From positions 18,600,001-18,664,000 of the forward strand of contig NC_043012.1 in assembly GCF_006345805.1 (NCBI RefSeq): a DNA stretch of 64,000 nucleotides. Reading direction: 5' to 3'. Below are positions 51,171 through 64,000 of this stretch, in pieces. The notes beneath the pieces were generated by a model. The model searched no databases. It was not told where the DNA came from and worked only from the letters and a program-made list of their open reading frames with translations. Each line of letters begins with the position of its first letter. Position 1 is the first letter of the stretch. The DNA comes from Octopus sinensis. Taxonomy: Eukaryota. The position numbers and the translations under genes are program-made.

Positions 51171-51210
51171 ATAATAATAATAATAATAATAATAACAACA
51201 ACAACGACAA
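50945..51210. repeat. (TAC)n/(CAC)n/(TAA)n compound array
   Basis: Directly visible. Confidence 0.95.
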
Positions 51211-54200
51211 GAAATTCAATATAACGCTGGTTTTAGGTTTCTTTTATAACAATCTAAATTCGAAATACTTATTTTGTTATTAAAGAAATATTTTAGATCA
51301 ATGTATAAGTAATGGAATATGACTTGGAATATATCATTACAATTTGGAAAACAATCGCAGTACATGCTTTAGCAAATGATTCTTCGATAATAATAGCAAA
51401 CACTGTATATTTAATGAAACACAAAGAAACAGAAATGTGAGTAATGATAATATCACAATGCTCCTCTTGTTTCAGTTCCTGTGGAAATCAATCATTTTTT
51501 TCTCATTTAACATTGTCGTAATGACGCGATGAGAGTAATTAAATTCGCAATAGAAGAGGAAATATTACTTTTTCAATAAAAGAAAATTGCATGTCTAAAT
51601 ACTAAACATATGCTCCCCAACACTAATATTATACATGGAAATGATTTTTTTTTATATATACTTTGAGGTAAGCAAGTGAATAATGTTCCATTCTACCACT
51701 CTCTAACTGCCTTCAGTATTCAAATATGTCATAACACAAGCGTAGACGAATCGATGAAAACTAAGTGTTGTTGAATTGCCCGGTTCAGCACTAACCTTAC
51801 AGAACTTGGGGCAAGGTCCTGCAAACGTAAGACGTAACTACGCAACCCTTGTTTTTCTTGCTTCAAATGTAAACGAAATGCAATATAAAACTGAAAGAGA
51901 CCTGACTGCTACTTTCAGCTGGTCAAACTTGCAGATAGCAGCTATTTTGCTATTGTTTTGCGATTGTGTACGTGTGTTGTTGTGGACTAAATAAATCGAC
52001 AGTGATAGGAAAGAATCTATTGATTTCATTCAGTTGGTATCAACTCAATCGATGTGGTGGTGCATTTCTTTGTTCTTTGCAATGTAATAAAGATAATAAC
52101 TAATGTATTTATGTTTCGCTATCTATTTCGATATTGATATCCCTGTCCTTGTCTCTATGGAAATATCTACTGTTTTACGCGTATCGCAAATACGCATACA
52201 TACACTGATGAATCTGTTCTCACATATGTGCATTCGTACACTCAAACATATACAGAAGCATACACACGCACATACACACGCACATACATAAATATATATG
52301 TATGTATATGTGTGTGTGTATACACACATACCCACACAAACATATATGGAAACGTAATATTTCTCTCCTAGTATGAAAACTATAAAGGAAATACGTGTTT
52401 CAGTATATCAATTATCTCTTCCTGGTATGTCAATTAATGATATTTGAAACACGATATTTCCATAGAATGAAATCTCTTTAAGTATCTCATATTATGTTCG
52501 ATTTTCCTTACTTCAAACGTATATTTTTCTCTCAGACACTGATTAGAAAATTCAGGAATGTGATATTTTCAGATGATTAGACGTTGCTTAGTATGACAAT
52601 GCGAAATATATCGAAATATATATATATACACATGAAATGATACATTTTCATAGATACCTGATTGCGTTTCATTGTATAACTCATTATTATGACACAATAA
52701 ACACTAGGGTTAGTAAGCTGGTTGTATATCCATTCCTCATTCCTATTGTCATTGGATAGTAAAACCATATCTAGTCTGATACTTGGCAGATTTACTTTAT
52801 TCCACTGATATCATTTGAGCAATTTGTAGATTGTGTTACATGTTGAAAAACCCTTTCTCTTACCGTGACTGCCAGAAACCAGTCAGAAAAACCGATCTTC
52901 ACTGAAATGGTAGTCCGACGATGAAGTGAAATCCCAAGAAATATTTAAGTATGTCACTTTGATATCCTAGTGTAAATTCTATTCATGTTAATGTAATTAC
53001 TTGTATATAAAACACTGTTCGAAAATTCCTACAATGTTAAATTTGCAAATTCTGCAGTTAAAATTTTACCTCCACACAGGAAAAAAAAACCCTGATTGTG
53101 AGTTACTAATAAAGACATTTATGACAAACCTTGACTAAACTTTTCCATATATAAACACTAATAAGTTTAGCTTAGTAGCTGTGAGTTAAATTTTTTCTTA
53201 TTTTCTTTAAGCGGAACTTATACGAAATGCTTTTAGCAGTGAAGAGATAATAAATAATTATCAAATAATTTTCCTTCTGATGAAGAAAAATCAATAACGT
53301 AAATTTGCTCATTTCAGCTAGCATCAGCAAAATCTCACCAGGAATTTAAAATAAAAATATATTGCATATCTCATTAGATAATTCTGGCACTGTTCAAAGA
53401 ATTGAGAGGATTATAACATATGTATATGAAAAAATTCTCATCATATTCTAATTAATCTGAAACACGGAGAACAAAGCAATCAATGGAGTAATAACTTGAT
53501 GAATATTGGATAGCTCTACAAACAGAATAAATTGTGTTTATTTTTCTGCCATAATTATGTACCTTTTATTTCTAGACATAGTCGCCTATTGATTGAATAG
53601 CAATCATATCATTTTGGAAAACTCTTGTGGACTTTAGAATGAAAGGGATTTCGTGTCTTATCGATCTTTGATAAATGATTCGTGTAAGTCATCTTTGAAA
53701 GCCTCTTAACCTAGACGAGTAGCAATGCCTAAGTTGAATAGCTGCTCGGTGGCAGATTCTTCCATTCATGCTTGATTTTTACATTGAATTCCAAGATAGC
53801 CTTACATCATATATTTAGAATACTTAGTTGTTAGATATTCGTTGCCAAAGTAACAGTTTCCATTTTCGTAAATAATTGCAGAATGTTCATTCAAGTAATT
53901 CTTTATAGAAATAAAAGAGTGAAAGAAGTGTTATTCTATATGTATGGGTAAGTGTGCGTTGGTATGCGCGTGTGTGTGTTTGTGCGTGTATGTCAAAGTA
54001 TGTATGGATGTACATATATGTGTGTGTGTGATCACAGCAAAATGATAGAAAAATCAATATAAGTCTGCCATTATCGATAATATTGATTTCTTGGTGATTG
54101 GAAGCATTCTTGCAAACATTGATTTCCCCCTTTCATACTATTACTACTATAACTTTTGTAAGTATCGATCTTGATAAAATTATACGGAAGTACAGGCAAG

Positions 54201-54609
54201 TAAGTACATAATGCCTTTTAGAACAGAGTGCATGACTATGTATATTATTACGTATATAATAACTATTTATTCATATGCGCAACTTTCTTTACAACTTTCC
54301 CCCGTGATAATTCATAGTATAGATGCACAGATACCTGAAACGAAAACCAATAAAGTTCTTTGAAATGATGGTTGCTAGTTAAAAAAACCTTCAAAGTTTT
54401 AATATTCCTATAACAGTACGCTAGAAGAAAATTTTAAAATATTATTTTTCCCATTTTACTAAATATTAAATTATTATTTGGGGGATTTATCGACATACAT
54501 GCTAAACAAAAACTAAATAAAATTAAAACAAAACCGCTTTTATGCTATGCAAAAATTAAATATTACATAAAAGGAAGAGAATTTCAAGATCACTTTTTTT
54601 TACAGTTAC

Positions 54610-54960
54610 TTGGTGATTTAGTGGCTCACTTTACAACCACATACTTTTGGATTCCTCCTCACCGCATCTCTTTCCCTACAGCCCTCGGCCGACCAACGCA
54701 TTCTGAATGAATCTGGTAGACAGAATCTTGAAGCCGCGATTATGTGTGCATGTGATTTATGGTGTATATATGTCTTTGTGCTAGGCTCTAACAATTCCAC
54801 TTGTGACACCTGGTGTTAGTTTATATATGACCCCATACTTGGGGGCTTAGCAAGAAAGAACCAGATGGAATAAATAACTGACTATAATAAACGAATAATG
54901 AATTCAAATTGTTCTAGTAAACCATTCAAGGTTGTACCACTGCAATGTCGCAGTCCAATG
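54610..54960 (+). mobile_element. Highly decayed SINE family A
   Basis: acagccctcggccgaccaacgcattctgaatgaatctggtagacagaa and tail gcagtccaatgaaagaaacaagta. Confidence 0.55.
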
Positions 54961-55250
54961 AAAGAAACAAGTACATGATAACAGGCATATGTTTATAGAC
55001 TTAGCAGTTAATAATCTTTTGCATAACAAATATAATTTCCTCGCGCTTTCTCGTCACCAATATTATCGAGATTATAATGATGGTCAACATTTTCGTCAAT
55101 AACATTACTCGTGTTGTCAATCCATAAATATACAGACTGCAGTGTTGCAATAGCGTAAAATAAAAATGGCTTCTCTGAAAATAGTTTCTAAAAACATATT
55201 CTATACATACACACAGCCACCAAATAGATGTATCTATATTTATATGCATA

Positions 55251-55349
<99 letters not shown>

Positions 55350-55939
55350 ATATATATATAATATATATATATATATTATATATATATATATTACATATGT
55401 ACGTGTGCGCGCATCTGTGCTTACTAACGTTACAACATAAGCCAACGTAATTACAGAACACTAGCGTTGTATATATATTTTTTCACAGAAATGTGGATCT
55501 TGGCGATGTGATGAGAAACCTTTGTGAAAATTAAACACCAAGCGACAAATCAACGACGAGAAAATCTCTGTAGAGTATACATGAAAGGAAACTGAATTTA
55601 GCAATCAAAATGTTGCAAATATAGCGACGATTTGTAGCAACAGATGAAAAAAAAAACATTCCATCATATCGTGTTGCCAACTATTTGTAATTCATACGGA
55701 CTAATGAAAAATTGTTTTCGGCGACTTAACATAAAGGACAATGGTACAAATATGAAATGTGAAAAATCAATTGTAAAATTGACAAATAGCCATTTTGTCA
55801 ATATAATAAATTTCAAAGAAAAGGCTTCTTGATACTTATTGTGCCTTTATATCTATTAAATTGATATATCGAAACCGTTCTCTCTTCGTAGAGCCTCCTG
55901 ACTTTGTAATGAATAATTATTGTTTATTTAATATATTTT

Positions 55940-56246
55940 ATTTATGCGCCCTTTTCAAGCCTAGCCACACTCATGGACCCGGTTTCTCAGTTTCTATAGC
56001 GTATGTGTTCTCCCTAGCTGGATGTGCGGCCAGTCCATCGCTCGCAGCTTTACTCAAGAAACAGGAAGAAAGAGTGAAAGAAATTTGGGGCGAAAGAATA
56101 CAATAGGGGTCGCCACCACCACCTGCCGGAGCCTCGTGGAGCTTTTTGGTGTTTTCGCTCAATAAACACACACAACGCCCGGTCTGGGAATCGAAACCGC
56201 AATCCTACGACCGCGAGTACGCTGCCCTAACCACTGGGCAATCACG
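55940..56246 (-). mobile_element. SINE with family C head but a different tail
   Basis: Shares cctgccgga...gttttcgctcaataaac...ctgggaatcgaaac...gctgccctaaccactg with 43290-43416. The distal ~120 bp is unrelated. Confidence 0.82.
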
Positions 56247-57282
56247 TATATACTCTAGCTTGTAAATATGGAAATTCGTCGTCATTACTAAGCGTTCAGT
56301 ATATTAAGAACGTGGCGCCCTTTCTTCATTATTGCACGAGATTGCTCATTGTTTTGCCGGAGATAATTATAATTCCTATCATTGTGACTTAAATAATATA
56401 TGACTAACTGCTAATTATTTGTTTGTATATTTCATTAGGTATATATACTTTAAAATTTATTGCGTTTGAATTAGAAGTAATTTCAAAAGTTATTTTCAAA
56501 CGGTTTGGTGTTGTCTTCTTCCACCGCCGCTAACATTCCTGTTGAAACAGTTAGTCACCTACCCCAGCCAGCTGATGTAACAAACTTCCAACTAACGAGT
56601 AATATCCAACTAACGTTTTTTTTTTTTTATTAATCTTCTTCCTCATTAGCTCATATCTCATAGCCCAAGTAAACATCATACCACTTCAACACTGTAATAA
56701 AATTACGTCTCGAATACGTGGAGACTCAGATCGGCAGACGTTCAAGCTGGACTACATCCATATCAATTTATAAAATCTCTCAGAGTGCCTACAGAGGTCA
56801 AGCTCACTGTCTATATGCTATCAAAAAAAAAAAAAATGAATGGCTTGGCTACTTTGTGACTTCTATATATATTTTTTAGCTACTCGTAGCTTGAATTGAG
56901 AGTTTGACTTCCTTTTAGCTTAATTCCATTTATATTCAGATTTCCATTTCTAATTCACATCAATATATTTATTAGAGCAATGTATATTTATAAACTGAAC
57001 GTTTTATGGTAACTAGATTTTCATCAGCCATGTTGACAGACACAGTTTTGAAAAATGCCAGCCACTCAATTATGATAGGATTACAGCTGAAAATCAAAAA
57101 CATAAACAGAGTACTTGCTGAAAAGACTACAGCTTATTAATTGAGACATAATTCTTCCGTTATTTTTAAGTGCATATTACGCGTAGAAGTAAAATCTACT
57201 GGAAGATTTGTATATAGAGAACTAATACACAAACCATACGAGACTCCACTTATTATTTGAATGCTGTTTTTCTATAATTGAG

Positions 57283-57363
57283 TTGGCGTATATCCAGGAA
57301 ATTCTTGCTCCAGTACATTGCTAATATCAGTAGTGACTCTTGATAAAGTATATAGAATTACAG
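57283..57363 (+). other. Candidate exon followed by a 110 nt GT-AG intron (57364-57473)
   Basis: Donor CAG|GTATGT and acceptor tatttcttccag|. Spliced open frame GVYPGNSCSSTLLISVVTLDKVYRIT-ESFRENAKSW. The upstream acceptor is weak. Confidence 0.22.
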
Positions 57364-58265
57364 GTATGTAAAGTGCATTTTTATTACTATAGCTTATTCG
57401 GTATTATTCATTATATATTATACTGAGAAATGAGAGTATTTATCAGCATCAGATTGCATACTATTTCTTCCAGAGTCCTTCAGAGAAAATGCGAAGTCCT
57501 GGCAAATGAATGCTTTGCGGATAAAAATACCAGTTTTAACAATTTATGCCTTTTTATTATTTAAGAATGCATTAGAGAGCATTACATTTAAATACAACAT
57601 GACCTACATTTGCCTATGTTAAATAAGTAATTAACTTATTATCGAAAGTAGGCATTTAGTGACTTATAGGCTTAGAATTAATAACTATATAATTTAATGG
57701 CGTTAACGTAAAGTGGAGTTTTTAGTAATTTACATAATAATTAAAGTATTGAATTATAACGAGCTTATGTGAGGTTTTGGGATACTGTAAATTGTGGAGA
57801 GTGAAGAGACATATGTTAATAAACGTTATAATTATTATATGCAGTTAAGTCGAAGTCGGAGGTGGGGTACAAATTTGTAATTTCCTATTGAAACATATGA
57901 AATACAAAAAAACAATGAACAGAAAAGGTATATTATTACAACAAATTGCTGTATTTTTGCGGTTATCCAGTTAAAGTACACGTATTCACTATACACATAC
58001 TATGCATTACTGTATAGTGGTCCATTCCGTGATAAAAATTACAGTGGAAAAGTGCGTAGACATTGATTGACGCAAATCAATAGAATTACAGAGAACTAGC
58101 GTTTGCATAATGCAGGCCAAGGTATTATTCAGAGCTTGACCGCATTCGCCTTCGAAGCATTCCAGAATTGCCGTGCGAATAACAACATTTCAAGTGCTCA
58201 CAAGAATTTTTTCATTAGTGTTATTCTGATCTATCCATCTATCTATCTTTCTATCTCTGTCTCTG

Positions 58266-58319
<54 letters not shown>

Positions 58320-58402
58320 ATATCTGTATGTCTGTCTGTCCGTATGTTTGAATGTCTCTCTATCTATCTACTTATCTATCTATGATATGAGTATATATAT
58401 AT

Positions 58403-58434
<32 letters not shown>

Positions 58435-58522
58435 ATATAAATATTTATACACACATATATATTATGTTTATACATATATGTACATGTATATATATATATG
58501 TATATATATGTATATATATATG

Positions 58523-58568
<46 letters not shown>

Positions 58569-59401
58569 TATATATATATATATATTATATATAATATATA
58601 TACGTGTATGTGTTGGTGTTCCTGTGTATACACACATACACACTCACATATTCATACATAGATGCAGACAATCACTCATTCATCATGGCTAAGTTAGAAG
58701 CAGGTCGCTATAAGTTTATTATAGAACAACAAAACAGATATGAGTAGATATAATGCTGCACAAAGTACACATCCTCACTGATATTTTTGATAATTACGGC
58801 AAAAAAAAAAAACTTTAAAAGATATTTCAGACGCGTCTTTCTCCGAGCATTAAAATGAGATATCATAAAAGCATGTCCTGAAATCAACATTTTTGCCTTT
58901 CACTTCATACATGGTATATATTGATTTCATATGAAAATATGATGGCGCATTTGTACATTTCAGTATCGGTAATGAGATAGTGTGAATATATTCTAGTAAT
59001 GTATAAAGATCAGTTAAAATAGACATCCATATATAACAGGGACTACTAACAAAAGTTGCAGTTTTGCAATTCATGGTGACAGAAATATTGTCCCGGCCAA
59101 TAAACTGAAACTCATGAAAGACTTCGAAATATATACGCATGGAGAGAATAACAAATTCCTACACAGACTCGTATATATTTGTGTAGGCGGGGTGGTAGTG
59201 TTAGAGGTAGTTATGTTCAGTATTGGAAACATTGATTAGTTCCCCCAATGTAGTTACGGGACTAAGGTTCTCGGCGTCAAGAATAGGTGTAAGTGAAAAC
59301 TGAGGTGAGATGATATGGAGTAGCGATACATCGAGGCACAATTCGGTTTCAGACATATATGCATGTGTCAATCTATCTATCTATCTATCTATCTATCTAA
59401 C

Positions 59402-59432
<31 letters not shown>

Positions 59433-59481
59433 CTATTTATCTATATATCTATCTATATATCTATATCTATAGCTATATCAA

Positions 59482-59512
<31 letters not shown>

Positions 59513-59538
59513 ATATATATATATATATAATATATATA

Positions 59539-59572
<34 letters not shown>

Positions 59573-59644
59573 CATACATACATGCATATGTGTATGTTTG
59601 TCTGTGTGTCTGTGTGCATGTTCGTATGTATATCATATCTAAAT

Positions 59645-59845
59645 ATAACGGGAGAATTTACGAAAATAAACAAAAGAAGAAGGCAGGTAGAGTACAAACA
59701 AACGTATTAGTTTAGCGCTTAGGAATAGAAATAGAAAAGGTATTTTACGTTTCGAGCCTACGACAGAAAGATACACAGAAAAAAACGAGGAGAGAAACAA
59801 GTTGAGAAAAAATGCGTGTAGGAGCTAACGATCTATCATGGCGTT
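59645..59845 (-). mobile_element. PLE terminal remnant (family of 1994-2195)
   Basis: ttttacgtttcgagcctacgacagaaag (short deletion in the ribozyme-like core) and aacgatctatcatg, shared with the 2.0 kb copy. Confidence 0.6.
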
Positions 59846-60493
59846 CTGATATACCCATTTAGTGATATTTGATCACCAAAATTCAAAAATTCCGGAGAAA
59901 CTGCATTCTGTAAATGCATGCTAGCGTTCTAAAATAATGATCAATGGAACGAATATTGCGTCATGTTGTATACGTTTGATTATTAAAGAGAACATAGTTC
60001 GAAAAAGAAATCTATTTTGATTATATATAACATAATGGATTTGAACTGAGATTGAAAAAGTAAGTCCGTGTACTGCTTATAAACTGGTTAACGCATCGAT
60101 GCTTGGCCTAATCCAATAATTCAGCAACGTTTTAGGTCAGCGAACATAAGGTCGATCAACAGTCAAATTATACATTTAGTGATCTCTGAGCAAGGAAAAT
60201 GTCGAAGTGCGCTTGAGAAATTTGAACAGATCATTATTACAGTAATAAGCTAAAGAATCAATGCTCCGGCAAGCTCTAGTGTGTGTAGGCAGATTAGATT
60301 TGGTATTTTCTGATTCTTTTTTTCCTTCTCTCAGTCAATCTGTGTAGGCTGACATATTTACATGTGTATCCACACACACACATACACACGCTCACACAGG
60401 CCTACAAACACACACACACACGCACACACAGAGGCACATACACAGACACGCGCGTGCACGCATAATATATGTGATGGTGTATGCAAATATATG

Positions 60494-60528
<35 letters not shown>

Positions 60529-60547
60529 GGAGAGATATGAATATCCA

Positions 60548-60578
<31 letters not shown>

Positions 60579-60596
60579 TATATACATATGTAAATA

Positions 60597-60644
<48 letters not shown>

Positions 60645-60719
60645 ATACATATATAAACATATATATATATATAGCTAGAGAGAGATAGATATAGATAGAG
60701 ATATGTACATATATATATA

Positions 60720-60960
60720 CGGCAGGCTCCATTCACACATGTGTTTGTGTCTGTGTGTTTGTGTGTCTGTGTTCACCCACCATTGTTCGACAACCGATTG
60801 CTGGTGTGTTTATGTCCCGGTAACTTACCGGTTCAGCAAAACAAACCCATACAATAAGTACTAGGCTTGGAAAGAATAAGTCCCAAAGTCAATTGTTCGA
60901 CTAAAGGCCATGCTCCAGCATGGCCGCAGTTAAATGACTGAAACAAATAAAAGAATACAA
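60720..60960 (+). mobile_element. SINE family A 3' half
   Basis: gacaaccgattgctggtgtgttt...aataagtactaggctt...ctccagcatggccgcagttaaatgactgaaacaa. Confidence 0.8.
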
Positions 60961-61433
60961 ATGCGTGTGTGTGTGTGTGAGTATATTTATATATGTTTCC
61001 ACTATGAATCTTTGCCTCATAAATAGTAATAGAGTTGCTAGAGCATACATGTGCAAATAAGGACAAACACAAGGTAAGCCTGAGAATTGCTGTAAAATCT
61101 AGAATATATTTGATAATTAGGATAGATCTCTTTTGAGCTGATGAAGATAGAATGAATGAAGGAATTAGTTGCAAGATACGATTATTATTCATCATTCTGT
61201 ATCCTTAAAGAAATGGTTCAGAAAGATAATATCGGTACGAATTATCCTCTCTTATCTGATGGTCTATATTATATATATTCAAGTCATGTATTCGCGAATT
61301 ACACTCATATAAAAATCTGTGTAAAGCGAACAGAATTTTAGAAATTTAGAAATATGCCTGTACCAATGTGTGTGTCTGTGTGTAAATGTGCGCCTGCGTG
61401 TGTATATGTAAATGTATATATATATATATATCT

Positions 61434-61487
<54 letters not shown>

Positions 61488-61517
61488 CAGAATGATATAA
61501 GAACCTAAGGCTGGAAA

Positions 61518-61968
61518 GATTTCAGAATATTTATAATATGTCTTACAGTTGTTTCCAATATATCTTATACATCCCTTCATCGAAAACGGTTTGAGAAAAT
61601 GGTTAGGCCATTTATTCTAGTTATTCTAGATAAGATATGATATAGAGAGAAGTGGAGGAATGAAAATAGACGTGAGATATGCAGGGATATTGTATCTTTA
61701 TTTCCATTATTTAGGCAGAATGGTATACATATAAGATTCCTGTATACATATAATATATCTTATATGTATTCCATTCTGCCTAAATAATGCAGCTGAAGAT
61801 ACAATATCTCTGCATATTTCACGTCTATTTTCATACCTCCACTTCACTCTTTATTTCATATCTTAGATAGAATAACTATTGTTTAACCATTTTCTCACAC
61901 CGTTTTCGAATAAGGGATGTATAAAATATACCGGAAACTGTAAAACCTATTTATAAATGTCTGAAATC
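61518..61968. repeat. Imperfect palindrome with ~215 bp arms (probable decayed PLE pseudo-LTR pair)
   Basis: 61518-61737 vs the reverse complement of 61757-61968. The inner 33 bp has 1 mismatch (cattatttaggcagaatgg[t/a]atacatataagat). Confidence 0.85.
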
Positions 61969-62166
61969 ATTCACAACTTTGGATTTTTATCTCATTCTGT
62001 TATTTATTTCTACACATGCTGATATATGACCTACGTTGGACTCTTCATTCGCATAATCACCGAACCTGGAGCTTAACAGTTGTTTGTCCATAGCACTTTA
62101 CTCAGCATTACCTCACACCTTTGGGTCTTCTTGACGTCATTGCCTCTCTCTCTCTCTCTCTCTCTC

Positions 62167-64000
62167 ATCAAACAGAACCCCAAAGTGTCCAATTCTTATG
62201 GAAATAAGCATAGAACCACTGTCTCACCCATTGGGACATTGATTGATGATAACGGCATTCCCCCAACACGATGCTAAAGAAATGGGAGAAATACTGCAGA
62301 AACAATACTGCTCTGTCTTTACTGTTCCAACTGATATTGACGTAAGAGAAGCGAACGAAGTTGATTCCCAACATAAAATCTCAGACATAACCTTCACTGC
62401 CACTGACATCATAGCAGCAATAAATTAGTTCAAATACTACTCTGCTGTAGGCCCTGATAGATTCCCCGCTAGTCTCCTGAAGGAATGTAGACACCAACTT
62501 GCAGTCCCCCTGTCCAACTTCTGGAGAAATTCGTTATACGCATGTTATATACCGAAACATTTTCTATCCCAGTCAGTCATCCCGGTTTTCAAACAGGGAA
62601 ACAGATCCCTCGCAGTCAACCATCGCCCAATCTCACTCACCTCCCACGTCATTAAAGTGTTTGAAAGAGCGTTCAGATCAAGGATAGCTGACCTCCTGGA
62701 GACCCACAAACACCTAAATGCAAATCAGCATGGCTTTCGCTGTGGTAGGGACTGTCTAACACAGCTCTTACACCACATTGAAGATATACTCAAAGCCTTG
62801 GGAACAGGTTCGAACTCTGATGCCATATATCTTGACTTCAGTAAAGCGTCCGACAGCGTCCATAATATCCTACTCTCAAAATTGGCAAATGTTGGAATCC
62901 GTGGAAAAGTTCTACACTGGATTAAGTATTTCCTGGCGAATAGAACACAACATGTTGTAGTTGATGGAGTCCACTCAAGCCCAGCAAAATTCACCAGCGG
63001 TGTCCCCCAGGGGACTGTCTTGGGCCCGCTACTCTTTATAATTTACATAAACGACCATTCCGGTGTCGTACATTACTGCAAAGAGAAAATATTTGCTGAT
63101 GACACTAAGCTCCGGCAAATCATCAATGAAAAAGCAGACTGAACCCAACTCCAGTCTGATCTATATGCTGTGAGTCAATGGGCAGACAGACACAACATGC
63201 AACTGAACGAGGGAAAATTTGAGCTGATGCATGTTGGAAGAAATTCCTCACTAAAACAGCCATACTCTCTTCCTTCAAGGGAACCACTCACAACCTCTAA
63301 CAATATCATAGACCTGGGTGTAATTGTTGATGACGATCTCAGTTGGAGTGCACACATCAACAATAAGGTCGATATAGCTCGTAGGATGAGTTCCTGGATC
63401 TTAAGAACTTTCCGGTCCATAGAACAAGGTGTCATCATACCACTTTTCTACTCCTTTGTACGGTCACACCTCGAATACTGCTGCCCACTTTGGTCTCCCC
63501 ATACAAGAGACAACATCTCGAGGATTGAATCACCCCAGAGGGCACTCACTAAAAGAATTGAAGGCATGGCTGCTCTCGATTATTGGGATCGCCTTAAAGC
63601 CTTGAAACTCTACCCTCTCCAGCGTCGCCGTGAGCGGTACATCATTTGTACGATGTGGACAATATACCGCCAACTTTGCCCAAACGACCTGAACATTAGC
63701 TTCAAGGTTCATCCAAGACTGGGACCACGGGCCATACGTCCCCTGCCCAATTCAAAATCACAGCATACATGTACACTGCAAAATAATTTCTTTTCCTCAA
63801 CAGGCCCTGCCCTTTTCAACATTGTCCAGAAAGAGATCGAAGAGGAAAAGGATAGAGTTTGGATAGATTCCTTCAAGGAATACCAGATAGGCCACCCATA
63901 ATTGGATACAACTCACCCAACAAAAACTCACTACTTGAATGGACCATAAACAAAACTTGACTTAAACAGGATTCAGATAATCCTATCAAGTGGTGCTATT
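62167..64000 (+). mobile_element. CR1-group (Jockey superfamily) LINE, 5'-truncated RT and C-terminus, few lesions
   Basis: QHGFRCGRDCLTQLL, AIYLDFSKASDSV, SGVPQGTVLGPLLFIIYIND, FADDTKL, DLGVIVDDDLSW, VRSHLEYCCPLWSP, LYPLQRRRERY. May extend past the window end. Confidence 0.93.

Noticed and set aside
51780-52085. Possible piggyBac C-terminal remnant on the minus strand
   Set aside because: Resemblance (VAVRSLSVLY; ILSYH) is too weak to call by eye.
53275-53325. CTGATGA A GAAA...atttgctcatttc, partly similar to loop II of the 38802 motif
   Set aside because: No GAAA, stem III or cleavage triplet. At best a dead relic.
58850-59140. 96 aa non-repetitive minus-strand ORF behind a plausible acceptor
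   Set aside because: No recognisable domain and no donor site. The length is within chance expectation for a 64 kb window.

Overview
AT-rich, microsatellite-saturated eukaryotic non-coding DNA. The tRNA-derived SINE families and repeat make-up suggest an octopus or other coleoid cephalopod (inference from recognition, not from a search). No intact host gene is supported; only two weak candidate exons were seen. The window is a transposon graveyard containing: one young Penelope-like element (PLE; RT plus GIY-YIG, two frameshifts, ~1.4 kb inverted arms, 24.7-28.9 kb); older PLE remnants; stacks of 5'-truncated Dong/R4-clade LINEs joined at trinucleotide repeats; RTE and CR1-group LINE fragments; mariner and piggyBac relics; and about four tRNA-derived SINE families. 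The most interesting unannotated signal is a set of six near-intact type I hammerhead ribozyme motifs, folded by hand, at 24230(+), 29963(+), 37768(-), 38150(-), 38203(+) and 38802(+), plus several decayed ones. They lie in solo or palindromic PLE pseudo-LTR modules, most beside (TA)n tracts. Four fall within 1.1 kb, arranged (-,-,+,+), and two of those form a near-perfect 157 bp palindrome. All calls were made by eye; boundaries of decayed elements are approximate (tens of bp).
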